This document shows positions 23,301 to 36,311 of a stretch of DNA of 64,000 nt, in pieces. The stretch's first letter is position 1; each line of letters opens with the position of its first letter. Origin of the DNA: Strigamia acuminata (lineage: Eukaryota); the NCBI GenBank assembly GCA_949358305.1, contig OX442314.1, positions 22,754,001 through 22,818,000 of the forward strand, in the 5' to 3' direction. A program made the translations under genes and the position numbers. Below the pieces are notes generated by a model, which made no database searches, was not told the DNA's origin, and saw only the letters and a program-made list of their open reading frames with translations.

Positions 23301-26300
23301 AACATGCTGAGGTCAATTCAAAGTGGTCCCCATTCCAATTCACACCGAAGCACAAAAGAGAACTTCCATTACTGTAAATGGAATGACCATTATATTACAA
23401 AGAAAAAAAGAAGAAAAAAAAAACGATTTTATATATATATAAAAAAGAGAGAAAAGAAAGTATTTCCCCCCATTCTCCCTCCCGATCCCAACAAAGAAAA
23501 TGGGGAATTAAAAGAGCATCAAAGAATGCTTAAACACTTAATTATCATCAAGATTTTCTTTTTAATCCAATTTTCGTCCACGGATAATTGGGCAAACACA
23601 CAGTGTTTGGTGTTTCATCAACAGCATCCGTCTGGCGGTCCAAATGAGTATTAACTTTTCAAACAGCTCAAAGCGCTAACTTTAATACATGTCAAGTCAC
23701 GTGACGTGATTGCTGGTTAAATTTCACATGTGCTCGCAATCATACTCCATTTCAAGCATTTTCAGTAATGAAAAATCAATCACATTCAACTTGGATAACT
23801 TTCAACATTTCCAAATAGCTGCGCCGCAGTCCGAGCCAAAGCTCCCCCCATTTTCTCCATTTCTATTCTTACCCAGTCCAAAGAATATCTGATGGAACCT
23901 CAATGGCCTCTAGGCAATGTTCATGCAACACCCCTCCCCATCTTCCAGCCCCCTTTCCCGTTTCCATCCACCAACCACTCCTCAAACTCGTGCGCCCTCT
24001 ACCCGAGATAAGGCACGATGAATGGATACGCATAGCAGAGACGCCCTTCAAATACAAACCTAATGTTTCTATTTTTACTCCTAATGTGCTTTTGGCTTTT
24101 TCGTATTTGCAATGAGGAAGAGCGAAATCGAAGTCTAAAATTAGTGGATCGCAATTAAAAATAATTGCACGTTCCAACTTCCTTTTCGGCGGTAAAATAG
24201 TGCGGAAAGAGAAATAAATTAATAAATGTGATTTTCGCGTTTAAAAAAAGAAAGAAAGAAAGAGAGAGAGAGAGAACGAGAAAAAAAAGTCAATTCCCAG
24301 TTGTAATTTCCATCCCTCCGGTTCTTTGGCATTGTTAATGTGCACGGATGATTATTTGACAGGTGTCTATCTTTGTTTTCCACCCCACCCTGACACATAA
24401 ATTTAATAAAGATAATTAATTAACTTTTTGTTTCTTTTCATTTAAAAATTCAGGCATTTTTCTCTTTATTTTTTTCCCGTTTATTTTTGCTTTTGGGTGG
24501 CTATTTGATTTAATCATGAACTCGTCAACTCAACGAAATGAACATATGAAGAGCTATTTAGTGTTTGTCGATCTAAAATATTCATGTGTGGAAAACTTCA
24601 TTAGAAATTAATTCACCTTTCAACCTTTTACTACGTACCCACGTTGCACTAAAAATTTGATAATTTTTAAAGGTTTGTTTTTCATGTCATTTTAGAAAAG
24701 TTAACCTTTTAGATCCAACTTCTTTCTCTTATTTCTGACAAGCTACAAGCAGCAATTCCAGCGCCTCCTTCAAATAAAATTTCTCCTTGGCCATCTTTGC
24801 AAATATCTGAGACATCACCGAGCGGATACAGCTCTTCTTGGATTACATCATAAATAAGGATTACTTCGACATAGAATCAAGTTGGATGCCATCTTTGATT
24901 TAAAATGTTGCAGTAAAACGAGCCCAGTAAAGCTAGGTCTTGAATTTCCTTCGAATAACGAATTATTATTCAAAAGTATAAAAATAAAAATAAAAAAAAA
25001 TCCAAAAATCATTCTTAAAGCAAAACTAATTGGAAAAAACGCACCCGAACAACCAAATAATGCCAATTTGTTTATGCTAATCATTTCGTGCAATGATTAA
25101 TGCTGGACATTTTCATTCCTCTTGAAAACACCTCGTTTTGTCGACTGATTGACACTCGCATTTAAGAAATAAGAGTAAATTTTGCTCCGATCAATCATCC
25201 AAAGTGGCTTAAACGATGTTATTAGGCTTAAATTAACATGCGAAATTGGAATCCGAACTATCAAGTCCAAAACATCTTTCAACTGTATATAAAAGTGAAG
25301 TAAAAAAATAAAAAATGCTTTAAAGTTCCTTCGTTCTTTCTTATTTTTAATACACATCATATTTCTTTTCGCCCACACCACACCCACAATGATAAGACAA
25401 GTTTTGGTATTCTTCACGATGCCAATTTTTCAAGGAAAAATGCACGGATACATGTTGATTGATAGCAAAGCAACGCGTGCGAATGGAAGTTGTGACAAGA
25501 GAATGCAGACAAACAGTTTTTCGCTCTGCCTGGAAATTTGAAGAGTGCATTGAATGAGCGATAGATTTCGAGCGAAACACACCACTCCGAGCGAGAGAAA
25601 GAGAAAGAAAACACATTGCGCATGTGCCATACAAAGCTGGATGCTTTGTTTGAGGAAATTAAGCCAATCAGTATTGAGAGAATGAACACGGTGTCGTTTG
25701 TCATTCCAGGAAGGCATGATGGGATTAAATGTGCCAAAAAAATACTGGTGTCAGCCATTTTTATGCTTTCCTTTGAAAAAAAAAATTGCTTGCTTCTCCC
25801 CTTTACTTATGTTATCTTGTTAATCGAATGTCATTCTGTAATTTTTTTCCGCCTCCCACTCTCAATAGGACTGTCATGAATTTTTTCAAACAAAAACGAG
25901 TTGAGATACATCAAAGATAAAGCACCAAACTTGTTTAAGTGAAGGTTACCGCTTTATGATTGTTTCTCCAATAAGAATCATCACATCAATTATACTCTGT
26001 ATAATCATAATGGTAATAATGTTATGAATCCAAATATAAATAATTGAAGTTTAATGCAAGTCAAATGCGTCCTCACAGTTACACATTGAGCGGATAAGTG
26101 AACAACAGGAAGTGGGCACTCCAAATATAGTAAGAGCGTCACCACGTGATACAAAAAACACAAACTACATAAACTGCACAATTAATGACATCAAGTGGTG
26201 ATTTTCCACAACAAATATCCCAACAAATAATGTATTACACTGCAAAAGAAGCGAGATTTTCATATGGAAAGTATAATGGAAATATAGCTGTAAATGATCG

Positions 26301-26352
26301 TCTTTCCGCATAGTGGAAATGTGTAGACCAAAAGACGTAGTCAAAAACTACG

Positions 26353-26510
26353 TAGTTAAGCGGCATTGGGTTTGGTTAGTACTTGGATGGGTGACCTGCT
26401 GGAAATCCCAGTTATTTCTCTTCCTTGTCTGATTAAGATACTGTTTCTATGGTAAGAGCCTGTAGTTTTCCCAGTTCTCAATGTATGTAAATGCACGGTT
26501 GGGTCCTTAA
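26353..26510 (+). mobile_element. 5S rRNA-derived SINE (SINE3-like), 5'-truncated copy 2
   Basis: AGTTAAGCGGCATTGGGTTTGGTTAGTACTTGGATGGGTGACCTGCTGG (5S ICR) followed by a body that aligns to copy 1 (TGTCTGATT..TACTGTTTC..CTGT.GTTTTCCCAGTTCTCA..GGGTC). Confidence 0.75.
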
Positions 26511-28750
26511 GAAGGTCGTCATTGATCACTAAGTCCAATCACGATACATAAGCTTAGTGATCAATTATTCTCTCTTTTTATTTGCGATTTCAAATCAGGC
26601 GTAATCTCTTCGACTATGTTTTTTATATTCAGCCTTGTGGCATCAAGTTAAGCCTTTTATCGTGTTTCCTTTGTTATTTGTTAGAATGCTTTTACAAAAT
26701 CGTAGATGGTAAGGGAAGCCAACTAAAGTCTGTTTTTAAAATTCTAGGTTGAAGCACCTTTTACTCTTTTATTTCCACTTTCTGCCTTTTTACATCTCAA
26801 CATCGACAACATAAAGCAACACTGTTTAACAGGAGACTGTTTTAAGGAAAGCAATTTTTCTTGCCCCAACTTTAACAATACTCAGGAGTGTATTGGAGGG
26901 GATTGGAAGAGCGGGCTAAAATTGAAGATTCCAAAGCAAACACCTGAATATCTGATTAAATTGTGTAAGACTTGCATGGAACTATTTTTGTGATAACTAA
27001 ATTAGTTTTTTCTTCTTCTCACTTCAATTAAAACACATTATATCGTTTTTATGTGGGCTAAGTTTAAGATATGACAGATGTTTTTAAACTCAGCACCTTG
27101 CAACAAAACCATAAGTAACTGAATTAAAATTGAAAACAATTCCAATAACTCGTGTTGTTTTAGCAAACTCTGCTGTCTTGCAATTAATTGCAACAAAATC
27201 TACATTTAAGTGAGTTAATATCAAAAGCTTTACACAGATTTACTGCATCTTAATACAACTATTAGCTCCGCATACCATTATTAAGCTTAAAATTAATTAA
27301 AAACTTCTTTTGACCACATAAATTGTGTGTGTAGGAATTCCTTTATGTGCCTAAGTTTTAGCACATAAGTATCAACGGCTACGATGGCGTTGCGTTGGGC
27401 TTTGCACGTGTAAACACCATAAACAAAACCTGTTTGTTGATACTGCGCAAAAGGTTTAAAAGAAAAGGTTTTAAAAAAATTAAGAACTAAATCTCTTGTA
27501 TGGACCATCAAGAGTTAAGGTAAACATTGAGCGCAAAAATATATACACTAATTTTAATGGATATTTACTTATTTTGAAAAATACTTTCCAAAATAATTTT
27601 TTTTAAAATAATTTTACTCTTGAATCGATAACAAGATTGATTCTCACAGTAAAAAAAAATAAACGCCATTAACCAAACAGTTAAAGCACATTTATTTACA
27701 CTAATTAGATCATAATCCACCATTTTAAAACTCGTTTGACGACCTTTAAGTGCCTTTAGCTATTGGCACCATTTAAACTGTGAAATTTGCAATTACAAAA
27801 ACGATTGCTAATCTGACAAAGCAAATCATACAACCAATCAACCAATTTGTACTCGCACTACGCCAACAGAGGCTCAAACCACACATTTGTTAGACGAGCA
27901 GTAGCCGAGAAAAAAAGTCATGACATGTTGCCTCTGTCAGATATTTTGTGCTGCTCGAGCACAAAATTTCCTAATTAACCTTATTTTTTTGTCTTGACGT
28001 GAAAATCCAAGAAAACGACAAGTCAGCTTCCCATTAAGTTATGACACCCGAGTTTAAAAAAAATAAAAAATTCCAAAGCTCGACATGGGATTTGGAAAAA
28101 GAGAAAAGTTTCCAAGTGTATCAACTTGAGTAGATTGAGGCAAGATCCAATCGAAATTTGTGGATGTGGGGTCTTTTTAGTATTCCGGGCAAGAAGAATA
28201 TGATTGGTGCTCAGTGGGTCCACCGAAGATACTCGTGATTGCACTTTATCCTATGTGAAATAAGTCAGATTGGAGCCTGCAAAAGTTTTCCTTCGCTCCC
28301 TGTCCTACGAATTGCCGCATTTTGACTCCAATTGCTCTACGACAACACAACCTGACTTGCAACTCACCTTTTATTGTTCACTGATTGATGACAACAATTA
28401 TGGTCTTGCATCGTGGGGAATTTGATACCAACTTTTCATTTTTACATTTTTATTGCAAATCTCTCTTTAACGACTCGCGAGAAAGAAAAGTTTTTACTAT
28501 CAAATTAGAAACCAGTCAAATAAAATGGCTTTCACTTCCAAAATGTCATTTTCAAAAATGTGATATGCTTTTGCTATGTCAATAGTCGTTAAAAAAAACG
28601 TTTATATTCAAATCATGGCATGTGTCTACTTAATTATACAGCAATAAAAATGTAATTATTTATAAAAAAAATAATTAAATATCAATATTTAGTGTCAATT
28701 GGCCAGAATAAGTAAAAAATTATATTTTTCCCCCTATGGTGCTGGTTCAA

Positions 28751-28977
28751 TTCAAAATAACATTGTTGCTGACCCTTGGAGCAGTTTATTTCGGAATAAC
28801 ATTGTTGCTGGCCCTTGGAGCAACAAATTATTTCGAAATAACATTGTTGCTGTCCCTTGGATCAGTTTATTTCAAAATAACATTGTTGCTGGTCCTTGGA
28901 GCAACAAATTATTTCGAAATAACATTGTTGCTGCCCCTTGGATCAGTTTATTTCGAAATAACATTGTTGCTGTCCTT
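28751..28977. repeat. Minisatellite with alternating 39- and 42-bp units (81-bp higher-order unit)
   Basis: Six units starting TTCRRAATAACATTGTTGCTG and ending alternately in CAGTTTAT and CAACAAATTAT. Confidence 0.92.
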
Positions 28978-31900
28978 CAGTGCAGCTTCATTTAAGAATT
29001 AATGTGTGATCGTTACAGTCCTGCGTGAATTGTTCCAATTTGAACATCAACCTAGTAAATAAATATTAATTCCACAAAATTCATTCTACTGTGGCAAATA
29101 TGTGGCATTCAATTTATTGAATGAATTAGTGATTCTAATGATAAATGACAAATGTTTTCAACTATTATAGAAACAATAAAGTTTACCAAGACAGCCAGCC
29201 AAATGGTTTCTGATAGAAGTATTTCAATTGGAATCAAACTGCATCATGCAATGTCAAATCCACAGACCAATTTTAACTGCCATCTCCTATAAGACAAACT
29301 TCCAATTGTCTTCAAATGAACCTTATCTCTAAGTTATTACAACCATTAAACCTTTCAAAAATGAAAAATAGAAGTGTGAGGACTAAAATTTAACACATTT
29401 TTTGTTTCAGCTAAATTTCTAACAATAATAATGTATGTAAATAACACATAATTTATAAAGTATTATTTTTCCCTGTAGGTCAGTAAGTGATATGCATTTT
29501 TAAATATTTTTTTCCATCTGACTTGAATGACATTTGATGCTATTTTTGAGGTTTTTTTTCTAATAGTCATATGATAGTTTTAAATTACAGATGTCTGGCC
29601 TCATAGATTGATATAACTTTTAACAATTCAGATTCTAACAACAAATTAAAAAACAAAAAATATAGAATTTTTTTTCTAAACTGATTTGTTAATTTTGTCT
29701 GTCTCAAAAAACATAAAATGAATGCTTTTCAGTTTGCATGTGAACTTTTATTCATTCTTGATTAAATCCAGTGTAAAGACATAGGTTTAACATAAAAGAA
29801 ACATCAAAACAAAATGAAACAATAATATAAATAGAACATATAAACTTTTTCCTTTAAAAAAAAATCATAGAAAAGAGGAAAATGCCATAAAATATGTTGA
29901 TGTAGGAACCATATCTGATCTGATTTTGATGCAACTTAAATCCTTTTTTGTACTTTTATTTGAATATTATGCAGCCATTTTTAAATTAAATAAATTTCCA
30001 CAAATCTACACTAATTTTAAGCTGATATGGCCTATCACAATGTTATTACAAATCAGGTAAAAACAACAAAACAAAAACAAACAACAAGATTGAGTGTCAA
30101 AAATGGGAAAATACAAAAAAAAATCCATCCATTTATTTTTCTAAATTATTTTCCCTAAAAACTAACAAAATTAAAAGCTAAATTGCCTAAATTAAACAAA
30201 TAAATTAGCAAAATGAGACATACAAAATAAATTCCATTCTATTTATATATAATTTGACAAATTAATAGATGAGTTTCAGGTGTTTTCTGTTCTCCCCTTT
30301 AACTTTCACACTTGATGTCTTCATTTCCAAAATGTTTATAAAATAAGGGGGAAAAACTCTAAAAAAAAAAACAAAAAAAAAACAAAGAAAACATAAAAAC
30401 AAAAATCGAATAAGCCAACAAACAAACAAAAAAAACAACACAAAATAAGCCACTATATTCACTAGTCATGAACAAACATAATTCCCCAATTTCTTTGCTA
30501 ATTCCACAAATCTGTTATGCTATTTTAAGACACAATAATTCCCACGTCTGAAACCAAATTTCCTAGTTGACATACGACAACAATAAACAAGTTGGTTGTG
30601 TGTATCTAGTGGAAAATGAGCCCATTTCTAATTAAGTGCATCACCATTTTTATGACTTCTCTTTCGCTAAGAATCCAATCTAGGCTTCTGAACATTAAGA
30701 GAAAAGGTAAAGTTGCATCTTACCACCGCCAAGAGAATGGAGACAATATTAAAATGAAAGGAAAATTATACAAAAGGTCATTAAGGAGAAGAAAGATATT
30801 CTACTCATTTAAGAATCTGCTAATTGTACCCTAATGACGAAGAGGAAGTCATCTTAAGACAATCTCCACAACAATAGAATTTGTATTAGCATCAGAAGCG
30901 ACTAAAAATCAAAAAAAAAAAAAATATTACAATTAAAAAAATTAAAAAATACAAAAACAACTTTGAGGGATTAAATGATTAGCAAGTGAATTTTAAAACT
31001 CCTATTAAAAATTACTGTTTCGCAGGGAAGCAAAGGGGGGCCCAAGCGCCCAAGCCAAAGAAAGAGAGAGATTTTCAATGTGGTTAAATTCAATTAGGCA
31101 CAAGTTGGCAGATTCGCCAAAGTGGAAGAAAAGGTGTATGGGAAAGTGGAGTATTGGTATAACACTATCCTTCATTCTCTTCTTCTTGTTCTTCCTCTAT
31201 GGACCCATTCGAGTTGGGAGGTTTTTGTTTCTCTCTTTGTGCTTAATGAGGCTGGAATTAATAGGTTTGGAGTAGAAATGCAATCATGGACTTTGTGCAC
31301 CATAAAAAGCTATTAAGATTCGCACTTAGAACAGGGGGAGAGGGAAAAAGCCAAGTTTTTTCATTGGTCTGTATTTTTTTTTTCTTTCTTTTTTTGCATT
31401 GCTCAATTGAATTTACAGTCAAATAAACCTTAACCAGGAAAATATTAAATTTTAATGAAGGATTACATTTGATTTAAATCTAAATGTTAAATTTATTTTT
31501 ACATTTATAGCATTTTTATTTCATTTTCATCTATTATTCCAAACCAAGAAGGCTCGTGTGAGAATAGATCCATTACTCATCCTAATTCATTGCTATGCAG
31601 TTATAATATGCTTTTCCTACATTTCCTCCGATCCCAGAGACAAATTAAAGCGATCCACCAACAAATTATGCTCATCTAAATTTTTCATATTTCTCGCTTT
31701 AAACTTTTATGTACTGGCAATTTAAATTTTATATTATTGCGCTGGTTAGAATAAACGTTCGGCTTTTTCCATTGATAAACTGCAAGCTAATGTGATTTTT
31801 CCACGTGATTAAGCGATTCATCATCAAATATTGCACTTGCATGCGGAATATCAAGCTATTTATGCATTTTGCACCGATTTCTAATGTTAAGTTTAAAAAA

Positions 31901-32499
31901 TTAAAACTTCTTTTTTATTGTCGTTTTTTTCAAAATTAAACAACAAAAAACATTCAATCAAGGAATGATTCTTGAGATTAATAATCCCTTAATGGAGCCC
32001 GGAGCAAACCACTAAAACCACTTTATTCATTAGAAATTTTAATTTCAGCACGCACAAAAAAATTACTAAGCTATTTTGAGCCTGATAAGCTAAAACTACG
32101 GTTTGTAAATTTTCTGCATTGAAAAAATTTGCATAGTACGAGTAAATCACAATTTTTCGAGAGAAAGGATTATAAACAATGTTCAGATTACTGATTTAGA
32201 CGTTGGGAAAAAACCATTAAGCACAGGTATACAGCAGCTAAAATCAATTTCGTGTAACTCGACACTCCGCAATAATTTATTAAGGAGAGGGAGAAAAAAA
32301 GAATAAAGATGTTTATAGTTTACAACAAACAGAAATAACATCACCTTAACATTATATTTGTGCTTTTTAAGTTTGGTTTCAGAGTAGAATTGCAAAGGAA
32401 AATTGATATGGATGTCGCTATGGTAACACTACAGTAAATGGGAAATGAATCGACTAACTTTCTCTATTTTTACTATTTTATGGCCCAGTTTTTTGAATA

Positions 32500-32910
32500 G
32501 ATCTAGCAGGTTTTCACTTATTTTTACCTATTTTCTAGATATTTTTGCTACATTTAGCTGCTTTTGAGCTAATTTTTGCACAAATTAGCCGGTTCTTAGT
32601 CATTTTTAGCAAATCCCAAGCGGTTTTCAGCAAATTTTAGGCAAATTTAGCTAATTTTTCAGTCATTTATAGCAAATTCTAGCTAATTTTTAGTCATTTT
32701 TAGGAAATTTTAGCTGATTTTGTCATTTTCAGCAAATTTTAGCTGATTTCTAGTTATTATTAGCAAATGTTAGCTATTTTTAGCTGCTTTCTAGTCATTT
32801 TTAGCAAATTTCTAGTTATTTTAGCTATATTTATCCGGTTTTTAGCCATTTTTGCTAAATTCAGCTGGGTTTTAGTTGTTATTAGCTGTTTATAGCTAAT
32901 TTTCTGCTAA
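32500..32910. repeat. Degenerate short-period tandem repeat (TTTTAGC/TTTAGTCA/TTAGCAAA variants)
   Basis: TAGC/TAGT cores separated by T-runs recur roughly every 10-11 bp. Confidence 0.7.
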
Positions 32911-33824
32911 TTTCTATTGTTATTTAAACACTATCATCCAGGTGGTCAAGTAAATAAAAACCAAACACGATGCTCACTCCTTAGTTCTCTCTTTCCTAAT
33001 AACATTAGTTAGATACTCGGGAGACAGGGTTTGTGAGTTCGAAATAGCTGCTTTGTTTGATCAGTGGATTAGTGCGTCACAACCATCAGATAATTTCCAC
33101 TCGAAAAAATGAAAACACTACTGTGTGTCCTTTAAACAGTTGATATTTTTTTTTTTACTTCCTCTTTTTTTTTTTTTAAAAAAAAATAAAATGTTTGTCA
33201 TGTTTGTATTTGAAGCCCAGAACGAAAAAATGAATCCCCAAAACATTTTTTTAAGCCTTTGTGCTGCAAAAATATAGCAACAACAGAAACTGGTAACCAA
33301 GCCAATAATTGATATTTTATTTTTATATTTCTCAGAAGCAACCCGGTTGGCTTTCCTACATGACATATTGGTGAGAGTTTAATTAAATAAAATCAAAATT
33401 AAATTTTTTTTGTAAAAAAAAAAAAAAATTAATTTACACGTTAAAAAAAAAATTGTTAACGGATTTCACATTAATAAATCAAAAGACCGAAATTATTACA
33501 TTAAAAACTTGGATAATTAAAAGCCATTTTTCGATTTTTTGTTTTGTATTAAAATTATCAAAGAGGAATTGCAATTAATCTCAACACGCCAAAAACCACG
33601 AGTGATATTCAAAATCAGGCAATAAACATGCAAATTTGCTGACAACAAATAAATAAAATTAAATCCCAGAGCATAAAATTAATTTTTTTTCAGACGTCCG
33701 TTTCGGAACATTACCCAAATAGCAAGAAATTTAACACTTAATGTTCCCTTTCCAGAACGATCTAATGCTTTTAATATAAATCTAAATTGATAAACGGGAA
33801 AAATGCAAAGACGAATTCACTAAC

Positions 33825-33843
33825 CTGAATTTTGTTCGGCCAT
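33825..33843 (-). CDS. AGBL4: AGBL4/CCP6-like coding exon 1 (19 nt, MAEQNS+)
   Basis: acaaATGGCCGAACAAAATTCAG|GTTAGT: good start context and a phase-1 donor matching the phase-1 acceptor of exon 2. N-terminus MAE as recalled for vertebrate AGBL4. Exon 2 has no Met of its own. Confidence 0.7.
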
Positions 33844-34320
33844 TTGTAGACAGCTTCGCCCTCTAACGGCGAAAAGAGACGAATATCAATAACCTCGAAA
33901 CTTCTCTCTGTTTACGAGGTTTTTAAACGTTTTTATCAAATACAGTCGCGATATGATTATTAAATCAATTTTAATTCACAATTTTAAAATGTTTATCAAA
34001 CTTTAATCTTCGTTCTAAATTCATTTTCCTTTCTACAACCGATTCCCGCTCTACCGTTGTAAAGTCGTGATTTGGTCCGAACCGATCCGCAAAAGTAATC
34101 CGCGCAATCCATCGCTTCTCCGAGCAAATTAAATGACATCAACCCGCGACTACATGTCGGTAAAATGAGTAAAAGTACGAAATAAACAACGCCAACACTT
34201 TTGAGAGCAAATACAACCCGGACACAAATAACACGAGGTTTAAAATATTGAGCGGGTTGATATGGAGCAGAAGTAAATAGGCAGCACTTTATTCTCGCTC
34301 GTACGTGATTCTCGCGTTAT
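33844..34320. promoter_or_regulatory. Putative bidirectional promoter shared by the AGBL4-like and ELAV genes
   Basis: CpG-enriched interval between the AGBL4 start codon (minus) and the likely ELAV first exon (plus). Inr-like TTAGTT at 34321 and TTAGTC at 34352. Confidence 0.55.
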
Positions 34321-34689
34321 TTAGTTCGAGCACTGGGCAAGTGGAGTTGTGTTAGTCGGGGAGTCGACCGCTCATTTCGGTTGCTGTTTTTCTTCGTTTT
34401 TTAATCATTTTCGTCTAGTTAGACCTCTGTTTTTGTGTCTATACTGTCGTGGTCCTCAGTTTCCGGCCCCCGGTAGAGTTTTGTCAAAACAGTTTGGGAA
34501 AAAGACAACGAAGTTTTCAGTTTGTATCTACCAAACCAACGCCATTTTGCGTTGTTTCTCATTTCGCAACGAAAAACGTAGGACAAAAGCCTTCGCTTGC
34601 TCTTGGGGGCTCCACCTAGACTACATTTTTTTTAAGCCATTCGGCTTTGTGACACCTTTGCGGTTTTAACAACGGACTCGGCCATACAG
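34321..34689 (+). other. elav: Probable non-coding first exon (5' UTR) of the ELAV gene
   Basis: Ends in a consensus donor CAG|GTAAGA (34689/34690) and is followed by a pyrimidine/U-rich intron. Start position is inferred from an Inr-like motif. Confidence 0.55.
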
Positions 34690-35537
34690 GTAAGAATTCA
34701 TTTCCACGTATATTTGTCCTCGAAAAACCAAAACTCGTGCTTTCTCTCTTGTCTCCCTGACTCCATTGTGCGCGCTCCACTAATTTTTTCCCCTCCCGTT
34801 TGCATTTTTTTTTTATTTTCACTTTCTACTATTATAAGACTTGACTAGTGCTCGCACATCGATTTATTTCATTTACAAATTTCCTCGGCCAGTTTTATTT
34901 CGAGTTTATACTTATAATTAAACACGTGTGTTGACGTCACGTTTGTTTAAACGAGTGGTTTAGCAGAAATCTAATGGAAAATAATGAAAGAAAGAAACAG
35001 TTTTTTCACTTAAGCATTGTAGTGCGTGGTAGTATTCTAAAATGTAGGACTAATTAAATTTGCACAAGTGTATATCATTTTTTTTTTCTGTTTTACTATT
35101 CACATTTGGATTTTTTTAGTTTATTTTTTATTTTTTTTAATTAATTGAGTACAATTTGCCCACATTTTGTTGGTTATTCTTTTATAAAAATTTTTTTTTT
35201 TATAATTATTTCTATTGAAAGGGCTAAAAAAAAAAGAAATATTTTAACATACATATTAAAACTATTAAATTATTCATTTTGAAGGAAACAAAGGATACAA
35301 AGCTGCTTGCACGCTGTAAATATATTTTATTTACTTTCATATCTAAAAAAAAAAAATTAAAAATTAAAAAAAAAATTCTTAACCAAAGAAATTTTGCTAC
35401 AAAAAATTTTTTATCTTAAATTAAGGAAGCTTTAGTATTATAAAACTAGTTTAAACTTAAAATAGACACTTAAAAAAGAAAGAAGTATAAAAATGTAGGT
35501 TTATATCTTGTGTGTAGAGAATTGAAGCACCACTACT

Positions 35538-35664
35538 ATGTCAGAGAAAGTGAATGTGATCCAACCTCTAGTTGGAGGCAAAACCATGCTGAAGATTGAT
35601 TCTTCTTCCGGTCACCTACCCGACTCTGAAATGGGACATCCATGGTATAAGAGCAGCTGCACAG
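35538..35664 (+). CDS. elav: Candidate alternative ELAV exon (35518-35664) encoding an N-terminal extension
   Basis: gtgtAG acceptor at 35517, open frame from ATG 35538 (MSEKVNVIQPLVGGKTMLKIDSSSGHLPDSEMGHPWYKSSCT), and a phase-1 donor CAG|GTTAGA that joins in frame to acceptor 36075/36076. Confidence 0.45.
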
Positions 35665-36053
35665 GTTAGAATTAACAAAAAAAAATATGCTAATAACAGT
35701 AATAAAAAAAAATTGTCAATTAATAGTGAAATTTTGGTTTGTGACAAAATTTCTTTGTGTGAGAATGAGAGAAACGCATCAGTCTTGCGGGCGGGAATGA
35801 AAATTAGACGTGAAAAGTGGCGAAATTTGATGTATTTTTGGGGGTAAAACGAGACTGATGCGTGTTAATGTGTTTTGTTAATATTTCAAGGGCGTAACGG
35901 CAGCTTTTTGTTCATTTTCTATTTTCTTTTCTTTTCTTTTTTCTTTTTCTCTTGTGTTGTGTGTTGAGAATTGAGTTGTTGTGTTTTTTTGTTATATTTT
36001 TTTGTTTAGTGTTTTGTTTTGTTTTTTGTTATTTTTTCTAATGGATTAATTGA

Positions 36054-36311
<258 letters not shown>

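Noticed and set aside
28699..29002. CRISPR-like array or repeat-protein ORF
   Set aside because: No unique spacers, no cas genes and a eukaryotic intron context. It is a minisatellite.
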